Shown piece by piece: positions 28,049-38,216 of a DNA stretch of 64,000 nt (position 1 is its first letter; each line of letters opens with the position of its first letter). This DNA is from Candidatus Woesearchaeota archaeon (GTDB lineage: Archaea > Nanobdellota > Nanobdellia > SCGC-AAA011-G17 > PNOQ01). Location of the stretch: positions 11,986 through 75,985 of the forward strand of contig CAZPJW010000001.1 in NCBI GenBank assembly GCA_964587005.1, in the 5' to 3' direction. The notes under the pieces were generated by a model. That model was given only the letters and a program-made list of their open reading frames with translations, did not search any database and had not been told where the DNA came from. The translations under genes were made by a program, and so were the position numbers.

Positions 28049-29017
28049 TCACACGGCACCCAATGGAAAATAGTTGAATTTATGTTGTTTTGTTATTATT
28101 ACATCTTCAAAATCCCTTAAAATATCGTTAAATTGTTTCCTAATCTCATCCATTAAACTGTTTAACTCTTCTGTATTCTTCACCTCAACCTCAAAGTCAA
28201 CATCATGATTGCCAATACATCTAGGTATAAATAAAATATTTTTATTTAGTTTACAGAAAGTAATTATTTTATTCCAATTTAATTTATTTAAGTTATTGAA
28301 TGTTAAAGAAATTAAGTGAGATTCGTATCCAATTTTTTTTAAGTTTAAAACAAGTCCATAATGTTGGATAATTCCTGTTTTTTCCAGTTTTTTTAATTTA
28401 ATTCTTATCGCTTCTGAAGTTAAATCTAGTTTCTTAGCTATTTCTAATAAAGATACCCTAGAATCCTGGCATAGTAATGAAAGAATTTTTGTTTCATCTT
28501 CATTTAATTTAATTATTTCTGGCTCCCCACCATACATAAACTCTTTTTTTTCTTTTTCTTTATTTAGATATCCTCTGGAAAAGCTTGGAGCTTCTTCAAT
28601 AGCTACAACATTTCTTTCAAGAATATATTTATCATATTTATTAAGGATTTCTCGAAATAATTTGCCAAACTTTTTAGCACTTTTGGCAAAAAAAGAAACT
28701 ATAATGTCCCATCTTCCTCTAGATGATACAACCCAAAAACTATATGGATTACTATTTAAATCTTGAATAAATCTATTTTCTATTGTTGGTGAAACATTCT
28801 GCAATCTTAAATAGACCTTAAAATGAGTATACCCTAAAATTGCTGGATTAAGCAATGTAAGGGTTCTTTCAATTATTCCTTCTTCCATCAATCTATTTAT
28901 ACGATATCCTACTACTTGTTCCGATAAACCAACTTTCTTAGCTATCTTTGAATTGGGCTGTCTTGAATTAAGATCTAATTCATACAATATTTTCTGATCC
29001 TTTATATTTAAATTCAT
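28049..29017 (-). CDS. Tandem Lrp/AsnC-type transcriptional regulator (two HTH_AsnC modules)
   Basis: KILYELDLNSRQPNSKIAKKVGLSEQVVGYRINRLMEEGII. A second copy follows: TKILSLLCQDSRVSLLEIAKKLDLTSEAIRIKLKKLEKTGII. Each copy is followed by an AsnC-C-like region. Confidence 0.55.
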   Translation of the reverse strand: MNLNIKDQKILYELDLNSRQPNSKIAKKVGLSEQVVGYRINRLMEEGIIERTLTLLNPAILGYTHFKVYLRLQNVSPTIENRFIQDLNSNPYSFWVVSSRGRWDIIVSFFAKSAKKFGKLFREILNKYDKYILERNVVAIEEAPSFSRGYLNKEKEKKEFMYGGEPEIIKLNEDETKILSLLCQDSRVSLLEIAKKLDLTSEAIRIKLKKLEKTGIIQHYGLVLNLKKIGYESHLISLTFNNLNKLNWNKIITFCKLNKNILFIPRCIGNHDVDFEVEVKNTEELNSLMDEIRKQFNDILRDFEDVIITKQHKFNYFPLGAV

Positions 29018-29135
29018 ATCTTTAATAAATCAATCAATCTTTATAAATCTTTTGATTTTATAAGAAAAAATGATGATAAGTTTTATATATCTTTATTTCC
29101 ATATTACTACTACTTCATAGTAAGTAAGGAGGTTA

Positions 29136-29840
29136 ATGAAAATGGATAATAAAAAATATGAACCAATAGCCAAATGGTACTGTAGAAATATGCCTTTGTT
29201 GGGAGAAATCGCAACGCAGAATGGTTTTTCTACAATGACCTGGCTCCATGGATCAGGCATAAAATGCCCGGAACCAAACATGGATTCATCACTAGAATGG
29301 CGAGCTTTAATCCCCTCTCTCCTAGAAGATCCTTACTCTACTCCGGATCCAGAAGCGAGTTTTTCAGGAAAAGATGTTTATTTTCGTCTTCCTTGCGCAT
29401 GTAAGACGGATGGAGAAGAACCTGTTGGTTTTGGAAGAACAACAAATATAGAAATTATGGGTCTTGGATCGGAAGCAACAATTGAAGAAAGGGCAGATCA
29501 ATTACGAAGACTATCCCCTTATGAGAAATTGTTTGAAAGGCAAGGCATTCGAGGAGAATTTAAAACAATTCAACTAAGAGAAATTGGAGATAGAAGTTGG
29601 GTTTACTCTCAAAAAGATGGATCTACAAAAACTACTATTGGGATTGAGCAGGCAGACTCTTTATCTGAACTATGCAACCAGCTTAATGATCTAGTTCCTC
29701 TTGAAAGAAGGGTGCTAAAATCATTTAATTTAGAAAGGGGACCCTATAGCCTGGTTGAATCAACATATCAAGTACCAATTCAATCGCTAAATGATATAAT
29801 AGCAATCCTTCTCAATTTGGGTACAATACAAAATGCTTAA
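29136..29840 (+). CDS. Orphan hypothetical protein, compositionally atypical
   Basis: 234 aa with no recognisable motif. Visibly higher G+C and lower Lys/Asn/Ile content than all neighbours. Followed by an oligo-T tract. Confidence 0.4.
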   Translation: MKMDNKKYEPIAKWYCRNMPLLGEIATQNGFSTMTWLHGSGIKCPEPNMDSSLEWRALIPSLLEDPYSTPDPEASFSGKDVYFRLPCACKTDGEEPVGFGRTTNIEIMGLGSEATIEERADQLRRLSPYEKLFERQGIRGEFKTIQLREIGDRSWVYSQKDGSTKTTIGIEQADSLSELCNQLNDLVPLERRVLKSFNLERGPYSLVESTYQVPIQSLNDIIAILLNLGTIQNA

Positions 29841-29994
29841 TGGGAGGCTATAACTTAAAATTCTTTTTTCTTTTTTATTTCCTTTAGATTTGTATTACAT
29901 CTTAAATTTAATTTTTCAGACACCGAAGAACTAACAACGGAGCGAAAAAAACTCTTTTCACAATCCTTATAAAACAACCTTCTCTCCAAATTTT

Positions 29995-31824
29995 ATGTGT
30001 GGAATTGTCGGTTTTAACTGGAAAGATGAACCCTTACTAAAAAATATGCTAAAAGTAACAAGACATAGAGGTCCAGATGATCAAGGAACTTTCCAAAGCA
30101 AAAACATCTCATTAGGACACAACAGACTAAGCATAATAGATCTTTCAAAAAAAGGAAAAAATCCAATTTGGAATGAAAATAAAACAATCTGCGTTCTACA
30201 CAATGGAGAAATATACAACTTCAAAGAACTAAAAAAAGAATTAATAAAAAAAGGACACAAATTCAAAACAAAAACAGATACAGAAGTAATTCTAAAAGGA
30301 TATGAAGAATACAAAGAAAAAATCCTAGAAAAATTAAACGGAATGTTTGCTTTCGTAATCTACAATAAAAAAACAAACGAATTATTCATAGCAAGAGACA
30401 GACTTGGAATAAAACCATTGTACTACCACTATGAAAACAAAAAACTAATCTTTGCTTCAGAAATAAAAGCAATACTCCAAAATAAAGAAATAAAAAGAAT
30501 ACCAAACCCAGAAGCAATAACAGAATACTTATCTTTCCAAAATATTCTAGATGAAAAAACATTCTTCAAAGGAATAAATATCCTCCTACCTGGAAACTAC
30601 TTAACTCTAAAAAACAACAAATTAGAAATAAAAGAATACTGGAAACCCGAATTCAAATACAAAAAAAGAACATACAAAGAGTTAATAAAAGAATTCCAAA
30701 AAACATTCAACGACAGCGTAAAAAGACATATGATTTCAGACGTTCCCGTAGGAACCTACCTAAGCGGAGGATTCGACTCAGGATCAGTAACTACAATAGC
30801 ATCAAAAGAAACAAAAAAGAAACTAAACACATTTACATGTAAATTTGATATAAAAGGAGAATTCGATGAAACTCCTTGCGCAAGAGCAGTTGCAAAACAA
30901 GTTCAAGCAAACAATTACGAAGTTGAAGTAAACAAAGAAGACTTCCTAAAAAACATAGAAACAACATTATACCATTTAGACGAACCAAGAGTAGGAATTC
31001 CAATAATCTCACAATACCATTTATCACAATTAGTTTCACAACACGTAAAAGTAGTTTTAACCGGACATTCCGGAGATGAACTATTCGCGGGCTATCCTGT
31101 TTTCCAATCAAAACTATACAAAAGAGAATTAAAAAACCCATTTAACATTTTCAAGGTATTTTTCAAAGTTCTAAAAGATAAAAAAAGACTAAACCTAGCT
31201 TACTACTTACTTCTACCACTAATCTACCCAGAAATACAACACGGAATAGCAATAATCTTCCCAGAAAAAGAAAAAAACAAATTATTAACAAACTCTTTCA
31301 AAAACAAAACAAAGCATTATTCCCCAAATAAATCAGTAAACAAAGTTCTAAGGGGAAACAAATTAAACGAAATAGAAAAACTACAATACCTCTACCTAAA
31401 AACATATTTGCCAGGATTATTCATTGCAGAAGACAAAATGGGAATGGCACATTCAATAGAAGCAAGAATTCCACTATGTGATAAAGAAATGATAGATTTC
31501 GCATTATCTATCCCAATAAGACAAAAATTAAGAAATAACGAACTAAAAGCAACAATAAAAAACGGAATGAGAAACATAATTCCAAATATTCTTTACAAAC
31601 AAGAAAAAAGAGGATTCCCAACGCCGCTAGGACCATGGCTAAACCAAGGATTAAAAAGATATTTCGCAAAAATCCTACTAAGTAGACAAGCACTAGAGAG
31701 AAATATCTACAAAAAAGAATATGTAAAAAAACTTCTCAAAAAAACAGACTTTTGGTCAGCAAACAAACTTTGGTCATTACTAAACATAGAGCTCTGGCAT
31801 AGAATTTTCATAGATAATCAATAA
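29995..31824 (+). CDS. Asparagine synthetase (glutamine-hydrolysing)-like amidotransferase (AsnB/PseA-type)
   Basis: N-terminal MCGIVG (Cys2 Ntn nucleophile). Synthetase-domain PP-loop motif YLSGGFDSGSV. Length 609 aa. Confidence 0.75.
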   Translation: MCGIVGFNWKDEPLLKNMLKVTRHRGPDDQGTFQSKNISLGHNRLSIIDLSKKGKNPIWNENKTICVLHNGEIYNFKELKKELIKKGHKFKTKTDTEVILKGYEEYKEKILEKLNGMFAFVIYNKKTNELFIARDRLGIKPLYYHYENKKLIFASEIKAILQNKEIKRIPNPEAITEYLSFQNILDEKTFFKGINILLPGNYLTLKNNKLEIKEYWKPEFKYKKRTYKELIKEFQKTFNDSVKRHMISDVPVGTYLSGGFDSGSVTTIASKETKKKLNTFTCKFDIKGEFDETPCARAVAKQVQANNYEVEVNKEDFLKNIETTLYHLDEPRVGIPIISQYHLSQLVSQHVKVVLTGHSGDELFAGYPVFQSKLYKRELKNPFNIFKVFFKVLKDKKRLNLAYYLLLPLIYPEIQHGIAIIFPEKEKNKLLTNSFKNKTKHYSPNKSVNKVLRGNKLNEIEKLQYLYLKTYLPGLFIAEDKMGMAHSIEARIPLCDKEMIDFALSIPIRQKLRNNELKATIKNGMRNIIPNILYKQEKRGFPTPLGPWLNQGLKRYFAKILLSRQALERNIYKKEYVKKLLKKTDFWSANKLWSLLNIELWHRIFIDNQ

Positions 31825-31854
31825 TCTTATAAATTTCCCTAAAATTCCAAAAAA

Positions 31855-33780
31855 ATGGACAAGATAATCTCAATAGTAGAAAAAAAAGAAGATTTAAACA
31901 AAATCCTACCAGAATCAAACTTCATAATAACTCCTTTTGAAGAAATAAAAGACATTCTAGATAAAAAAAACATAAAATGTGAACTAATAAGCAATTACAT
32001 AACAAAAGACTCAAACAAAAAATCTTTATGGTGGCTAAAAGACTGGTCAGATAAAAAACTTCTAAATAAAAAAAACTTCAAAGAATTAATCACGTACAGA
32101 GGAATCTCATTATGGTGGTTTTCAGATTTCTGGTTTTATTATCACGTTGTACACAAAAACATCGTACAAAACATAATACACCATTGTGAAACAATTCAAA
32201 ATATTCTAGAAAAAGAAAAACCTAAGAAAATAATTATTCTAGGAAAAGAATCTCTAATAAACAAAGTAACAATCTTAGCAGCAAAAGAAAGAAATATCAA
32301 AACAAAAATAATAAACTCCCCAATCCAAGAAAGAATAAAATCAACAATTGACCACAAAAAACCATATTTCTTAGAATCATTAAAAGAAACAAAATTCATA
32401 ATCAGAAATATTCTCTCAAAAACAATCCACAAAAACTACGAACCAAATCATTCAAACAAAAAAATACTTTTCTCTACATACACTTCTTCAAAACAAAACT
32501 CAACAGATCCATTAACTGGAGAATCAAAAAAGCAAGATATCATATTCGGTCAAATTATAGATGAACTAAAAGACAAAGCAGACATAAAATTAACAGACAT
32601 AGATTACACTCCCGCCCTAGGATTAAGAACTATAAAAGAAAATAAAGAAAATTATATTCCTTTTGAACATTACTATAATAAAGAAGCAAAAAAGAGAGTA
32701 AGGCAACACAAAAAAATATTAAAAAAACAATGGAAGATTCTAAAAAATAATAAAAAATTCCAAGATTCACTAAACTACAACGGAATTCCACTCTGGCCAT
32801 TACTAAAAAATAAATTCAAGTTTTTCTTCTTAAACAGATCTCCAGAAGCAATCAAATGCATAGAAACAAGTTTAAATTTAATAAAAAAAGAATCTCCAAA
32901 AGTAGTTTTCTCAGTAGATGAAACAAGCATGTATTCAAGAGCAATAATAGTTGCAGCAAAAGCAAATAAAATCCCAACACTCGGAATACAACACGGAATG
33001 ATTTTCGATGAATCCTTTGAATACCTACATCTAAAAAATGAAGTTCATCCAAAGCTTTCAGCCAAAGCACCATTCTGCCCAATAGCAGACACAACATTTG
33101 TATATGGAAAATACACACACGACATCCTAACAAATATAGGAAACTATCCAAAGAAAAATGTAAAAATTACTGGACAACCAAGATATGACTTCCTTCCCAG
33201 AATAAACCAACTATTCAAAAAAGAAGACGTCTACAAAGACTTCAATCTAGATCCAAATAAAAAATTAGTAGTATTCACAACAGAGGCATTAGAAAAAGAA
33301 GAATGTGGAGATTTTTCAAACGCGGTCTTCAAGGGAGTAGAAGAATTAGGAGATGTAAACTTCATAGTAAAACTGCATCCAAGAGAACATGAAGACTTCC
33401 ATACCCTATCAAAAAACTATAAAATTCCATCAAAAGTAGTAAAAGACTACAATACATTCAAAATTCTGCATGCATGCGACACAGTAATAGTAATGCACTC
33501 CACAATTGGATTAGAGGCTGCAATGATTGACAAACCGGTTGTAGTTGTTAATGTAACAGGAAATCCGGACGTAATTTCTTACACAGATGAGGGCATAGCA
33601 ATAGCAGCATACAAACATTCAGACGTCGCAAAAACAATTCACAAAACACTGCATGATAAAGAAACTCTAAATAAATTGGAGAAAGGGAGAAAGGAATTCG
33701 TAAAAAGACACGTACACAGCACAGATGGAAAAGCAACACAAAGAATCTCAGAAGAAATACTCAAACTGATTAAACAATAA
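31855..33780 (+). CDS. GT-B-like glycosyl/glycerophosphotransferase-like protein (TagF/KpsS-like C-terminal domain)
   Basis: The C-terminal half has FIVKLHPREHEDF (a K.HP motif) and STIGLEAAMIDKPVVVVN, resembling CDP-glycerol glycerophosphotransferase or capsule-synthesis families. The N-terminal about 300 aa is unassigned. Confidence 0.4.
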   Translation: MDKIISIVEKKEDLNKILPESNFIITPFEEIKDILDKKNIKCELISNYITKDSNKKSLWWLKDWSDKKLLNKKNFKELITYRGISLWWFSDFWFYYHVVHKNIVQNIIHHCETIQNILEKEKPKKIIILGKESLINKVTILAAKERNIKTKIINSPIQERIKSTIDHKKPYFLESLKETKFIIRNILSKTIHKNYEPNHSNKKILFSTYTSSKQNSTDPLTGESKKQDIIFGQIIDELKDKADIKLTDIDYTPALGLRTIKENKENYIPFEHYYNKEAKKRVRQHKKILKKQWKILKNNKKFQDSLNYNGIPLWPLLKNKFKFFFLNRSPEAIKCIETSLNLIKKESPKVVFSVDETSMYSRAIIVAAKANKIPTLGIQHGMIFDESFEYLHLKNEVHPKLSAKAPFCPIADTTFVYGKYTHDILTNIGNYPKKNVKITGQPRYDFLPRINQLFKKEDVYKDFNLDPNKKLVVFTTEALEKEECGDFSNAVFKGVEELGDVNFIVKLHPREHEDFHTLSKNYKIPSKVVKDYNTFKILHACDTVIVMHSTIGLEAAMIDKPVVVVNVTGNPDVISYTDEGIAIAAYKHSDVAKTIHKTLHDKETLNKLEKGRKEFVKRHVHSTDGKATQRISEEILKLIKQ

Positions 33781-33816
33781 CAAGGTTTATAAATTACATA
33801 AAATTTCTCAAATTAC

Positions 33817-34560
33817 ATGGAAAAAAAGAGAACTTTGGCTGTAATTCCTGCTAGAGGGGGCTCAAAAGGAATTCCACGAAAAAACATAAAACCATTTCTA
33901 GGAAAACCCCTAATCCACTACACGATAAACTTAGCTCTATCCTGCCCAGAAATAGACAAAGTAATTGTTTCAACTGATGATGATGAAATAGCTCAAATCT
34001 GCAAAGAAGCAGGAGCAGATGTACCCTTCAAAAGACCGGAAGAACTAGCAACAGACACATGTCCAAGTATCCCGGTAATACAACACGCAGTCAAATTCTT
34101 AGAAGATCAAGGAGAACACTATGACAATGTATTAATGCTAGAACCCACTGCACCACTAAGAACAAAAAAGATAGTTCAAGATGCAATCTTAGCACTAGAC
34201 GATGCAGAATCAGAAACTGTAGTTAGTGTTAGAGAATATGATATTGATTTCTCAGATGTTCTAGAAGGAGATCAAAATAATTTCCTACATGTTTTCTTAG
34301 AAACAAAAACTACAACAAGAAGGCAAGACACAAAAAACATCTACATAATGGACGCAGCAGTCTACGGAGCAAAAAGAGCTGCATTAATGAACAAAGACTT
34401 AATCATGTTCAACCCATACAAAGAAATGGCAGATCTAAAAACAAAAATGGTGGTTTCAGACCCAAGAGTATCTGTAGAAATAGATGCAAATGAACATTGG
34501 GATTACGCAGAATATTTATACAAAAAATATCAAAAATTAATTGAGGGGGAAGAAGAATGA
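33817..34560 (+). CDS. CMP-nonulosonate (N-acylneuraminate-type) cytidylyltransferase, NeuA/LegF/PseF family
   Basis: LAVIPARGGSKGIPRKNIKPFLGKPLIHYTI matches the acylneuraminate cytidylyltransferase signature. Length 247 aa. Confidence 0.75.
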   Translation: MEKKRTLAVIPARGGSKGIPRKNIKPFLGKPLIHYTINLALSCPEIDKVIVSTDDDEIAQICKEAGADVPFKRPEELATDTCPSIPVIQHAVKFLEDQGEHYDNVLMLEPTAPLRTKKIVQDAILALDDAESETVVSVREYDIDFSDVLEGDQNNFLHVFLETKTTTRRQDTKNIYIMDAAVYGAKRAALMNKDLIMFNPYKEMADLKTKMVVSDPRVSVEIDANEHWDYAEYLYKKYQKLIEGEEE

Positions 34561-35864
34561 TAAAACCTAAAAAACTAAGCTTTCCAAGATCGGAAGATTA
34601 TTGGAGAAGAGCACAAAAATACATACCAAACGGTTCAATGACAATTAGCATGGGACCAATAAGTTACATAACAAAGGTATCTCCAAAATACAATTGGAAA
34701 GGAAAAGGTTGTCATGTATGGGATGTAGATGGAAATAAATTCTTAGATCTTGCCCCCGGAGGATATTTAAAACTTTTAGGTTACAATTACAAACCATTAA
34801 CAAAAACAATAATCAAACAAGTAAAAGAAGGAAGCATATTCCAAATGCCACACGCTCTAGAAGTAGAAGCGGCAGAAGCAGTAATAGATGCAATCCCTTG
34901 TGGAGAAATGGTAAAATTTGCAAGAAACGGAGCAGACGTTTTAACAATGGGAGTAAGAGCAGCAAGGGCACACACCGGAAGAGACATGGTCCTATCTCAA
35001 GGATACCATGGAATTCATGATTGGTTCATTGGAACAACAGAACTAAACAAGGGTGTTCCAAAAAAAGTCACGGATATGACCAAAACTTTTGAATATAATG
35101 AGTTAGAAACTGTAAAAAAAACTTTTGAAAAATATCCAGATAAAATAGCAACAGTAGTTTTAGAACCAATGCAGTTAACAACTCCAAAGGATAATTACTT
35201 ACACAAATTAAAAAAAATAACTCATGACAACGGAGCAATTCTAATCTTCGATGAAATAATCTCCGGATTTAGATTCGCATTAGGCGGAGCAGGAGAATAC
35301 TTCGGAGTAAAACCAGATTTAGCATGCTTCGGAAAAGCAATGTCAAATGGATATTCATGTTCTGCATTGACAGGAAAAGCAGAAATCATGGATGAATTCA
35401 ACAAAGGAGCATTTTTCTCAACAACATATGGTGGAGAAACAATTGGTCTGGCAGCAACTAAAAAAACAATAGAAATCATGAAAGAAAAGAAAGTGCAAAG
35501 ACACAATTGGAAAGTCGGAACCTTGCTAAAAAAAGGTGTAGACAAAATAATCAAAGATAAAGGATTAGAAGAACATTATTCTTGCGATGGTCTCCCAGTA
35601 TGGACAGTAATCCAACCAAAAGAAGACAAAACTGGAACAGTGAACGAAAAGAACGGAATTCTTCAACAAGAAGCAATGCAACGAGGAATGTTAGCAGGTT
35701 TATTCCACGGACCTTCCTTTGCGCACCAAAAAGAGGATATAAGAAAGGGGCTAGAAATCTACAATGAATCTTTCAAAAAAGTAAAAAGATACATTGATTC
35801 TGGTAATGTAGAAAAACATATGCTCGGTAGTTTTGGTGGCAAGGTTTTTAGGAAAGTTGGTTAA
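34557..35864 (+). CDS. Class-III PLP aminotransferase (glutamate-1-semialdehyde aminomutase-like)
   Basis: FDEIISGFRFALGGAGEYFGVKPDLACFGKAMSNGYSCSA contains the FGK PLP-lysine motif of class III aminotransferases. Confidence 0.7.
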   Translation: MIKPKKLSFPRSEDYWRRAQKYIPNGSMTISMGPISYITKVSPKYNWKGKGCHVWDVDGNKFLDLAPGGYLKLLGYNYKPLTKTIIKQVKEGSIFQMPHALEVEAAEAVIDAIPCGEMVKFARNGADVLTMGVRAARAHTGRDMVLSQGYHGIHDWFIGTTELNKGVPKKVTDMTKTFEYNELETVKKTFEKYPDKIATVVLEPMQLTTPKDNYLHKLKKITHDNGAILIFDEIISGFRFALGGAGEYFGVKPDLACFGKAMSNGYSCSALTGKAEIMDEFNKGAFFSTTYGGETIGLAATKKTIEIMKEKKVQRHNWKVGTLLKKGVDKIIKDKGLEEHYSCDGLPVWTVIQPKEDKTGTVNEKNGILQQEAMQRGMLAGLFHGPSFAHQKEDIRKGLEIYNESFKKVKRYIDSGNVEKHMLGSFGGKVFRKVG

Positions 35865-36326
35865 ATGGTTAAGTTAGATCTTGGATGTGGGAGAACAAAA
35901 CGAAGAGGACATATAGGAATAGATATCTTTGATTACTCAAGAATTTATCCTCCCGGGGAATTTATTCAACAAAATCTCTCAGAGGGAATCCCCTTCAAAG
36001 ACAATGAAGTAGAAAGACTTCACTCCTCACACCTAATAGAACACCTGCCAGATCATTTCAACAAAGAAAAGCAAATAATAGAAAATGGTGTAGATTGGTT
36101 TATGGAAGAAATCCACAGAGTCTGTAAGCCGGGAGCAATAGTAGAATTAGAAGTTCCAATCATGAACTTTTGGGAATATCACAAAACAGTCTTCAGAAAA
36201 TCAGCATTTAAATGTCACGTTGCTCAAGGAATGTTTGACGAGCTCTCAAGAAAAAAGGTTTGGAATCGTTCCTTTCATTGGTACTCCTTATTTAATGTAA
36301 AAGTAATATTAAGGGTAAAAAAATGA
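35865..36326 (+). CDS. Small class I SAM methyltransferase (Methyltransf_11-like)
   Basis: VKLDLGCGRTKRRGHIGID (motif I) and HLIEHLPD (motif II/III region). Length 153 aa. Confidence 0.45.
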   Translation: MVKLDLGCGRTKRRGHIGIDIFDYSRIYPPGEFIQQNLSEGIPFKDNEVERLHSSHLIEHLPDHFNKEKQIIENGVDWFMEEIHRVCKPGAIVELEVPIMNFWEYHKTVFRKSAFKCHVAQGMFDELSRKKVWNRSFHWYSLFNVKVILRVKK

Positions 36327-37126
36327 AATCACTGAAAGAAATGCAAGATTTAACCGGAAAAGTTGCAATAATAACTGGGGCAGCTGGAGAGCTAGGAAAA
36401 GTTCACGCAGAAACTCTAGCTGAATTCAACTGCAATATTGTTCTAACTGATATTCAAGAAGAAAAACTGAAAGAATTAATTGAAGAACTTTCCTCAAAAT
36501 ATTCTTCAAGAATAATTGGAATAAAAACAGATTTATTCAAAAAAGAATCAATAGAAGAAACATTTCAAAAAGTCTTCGAAGAATTTGGAAGATTAGATAT
36601 TCTAATTAACAACGCACAATTTACTTGTGATGAAGACATAGAACCATTAGAAACTTTTGACAAAGAAGTATGGGAAAAAGTAATGGAAGTAAACGTAACT
36701 GGAACATTCCTATGTTGCCAACAGGCACTAAAATACATGAAAGAAAACTCCTCAATTATAAACATGAGTTCAATAATGGGAGTAATTATCCCAAATAACA
36801 AAATCTACGAAGGAATGGAACACAAGGGAAGAAAAATGAATTCTCCTTTAGTTTACACAACAAGCAAAGCAGCAATCATTGGAATGACAAAGTATCTTGG
36901 AGCAGAACTAGCAAAGAAAAAAATTAGAGTAAATTGTGTTTCTCCGGGGGGATTTGAAGCAGGACAGCAAGAATTCTTCAAAGAAAGATATGGAAATAAA
37001 GTTCCTTTAGGAAGAATGGCAAAAAAAGAAGAACTAAAGGGAGCAATTTTATATTTAGCATCAGATGCATCTTCATATTTAACCGGACACAACTTAATTC
37101 TTGACGGCGGAATGTCTCTTTGGTAA
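36323..37126 (+). CDS. Short-chain dehydrogenase/reductase (SDR)
   Basis: KVAIITGAAGELG (a TGxxxGxG cofactor site). YTTSKAAIIGMTKYL (YxxxK catalytic dyad). Downstream VNCVSPGGF. Confidence 0.75.
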   Translation: MKSLKEMQDLTGKVAIITGAAGELGKVHAETLAEFNCNIVLTDIQEEKLKELIEELSSKYSSRIIGIKTDLFKKESIEETFQKVFEEFGRLDILINNAQFTCDEDIEPLETFDKEVWEKVMEVNVTGTFLCCQQALKYMKENSSIINMSSIMGVIIPNNKIYEGMEHKGRKMNSPLVYTTSKAAIIGMTKYLGAELAKKKIRVNCVSPGGFEAGQQEFFKERYGNKVPLGRMAKKEELKGAILYLASDASSYLTGHNLILDGGMSLW

Positions 37127-37157
37127 AACTTATAAACCAAATATCTTTCCCCAAAAT

Positions 37158-38216
37158 ATGGCAGGAAGTGTTTTTGACAGCTTATCATACGCAGCCCTAT
37201 ATGAATTAGATAATCTTCTATTTGATAATGGATATGGAAAAATAGCAAGAGATTCTATAAATCTAGCCGATATAGCCAAGGGTAGTAGGGGCCTAGATAT
37301 TGGTTGCGGAACCGGAATCTCTACTTGTAAACTAGTGGATATGGTTCCGGGGATTAAAGTAAAAGGAATAGAAAAATCTGGAGCATTCCTAAATCTGGCA
37401 AAAGTCAAATTTGGATATGGCGATCTAAAAAGAACTCTTGAAAATATTGGAGAAGACCGACACCTTCCTGAAATACTTAAAAAACATAGGAGAAATTTAC
37501 CCGGCTTAGCATACCATCTATTAGTGCATGAAAGAAAATATGGGCCACATTCCAAAGACGGGGTTGTTGAACTGGAATCAGGCCACGCAGCAGAAGTGGC
37601 ACTCAAGGAAGGAGAAGAACCTTTCGATTTTGCATTACTAAATCAAGTAATACATTGGTTCATAAATTCTCCGCCAGAAGGAGAATCACATCCAGAATAT
37701 CAAAGAAAGGCATTAACCGCAATAAATAACACACTAAGGCCCGGAGGAAAATTAATTTTCAATACGTCCGGAGCAGACTTCAGATTCCATGATGAAAGAA
37801 TAAACAGAGGACATTTCATGTTCCACCCATACTACCAAATCTTCAACCAAGAGGTAGCAAGAAGGTTGGGCGGAGAAATAGTTGATGCTGAAAGATTTGA
37901 AGACAGAACTTATACATTCGATGATTCAAAAATAAGAGAAATGTTAGATAATACTGGTTTTAGAGTAACCGGAACTGCAATGATTGGAAAAGACTATGAA
38001 GATTTCAGCTTAATGAGGGAGCTTTGTATTGTTGGAGCACATATGACCCTTTTCGAAACAAACTGGGAAAGATCTGGAACAGACAAACCAATGCTTTCAG
38101 AAGAAGATAGAAATCTAATCTTAGAAGAAGCATTAGAAGTGGCAGAAAGAGAAAGTTCTGTAGATGCACAACCAGTAAGAGAAGGAATAGCACACTACGT
38201 TGCTATAAAAGAATGA
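37158..38216 (+). CDS. Class I SAM-dependent methyltransferase
   Basis: GLDIGCGTGISTCKL is motif I. Start taken at the internal Met (MAGSVFDSL) to remove the 26-nt overlap with the SDR gene. An alternative start is 37101. Confidence 0.55.
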   Translation: MAGSVFDSLSYAALYELDNLLFDNGYGKIARDSINLADIAKGSRGLDIGCGTGISTCKLVDMVPGIKVKGIEKSGAFLNLAKVKFGYGDLKRTLENIGEDRHLPEILKKHRRNLPGLAYHLLVHERKYGPHSKDGVVELESGHAAEVALKEGEEPFDFALLNQVIHWFINSPPEGESHPEYQRKALTAINNTLRPGGKLIFNTSGADFRFHDERINRGHFMFHPYYQIFNQEVARRLGGEIVDAERFEDRTYTFDDSKIREMLDNTGFRVTGTAMIGKDYEDFSLMRELCIVGAHMTLFETNWERSGTDKPMLSEEDRNLILEEALEVAERESSVDAQPVREGIAHYVAIKE

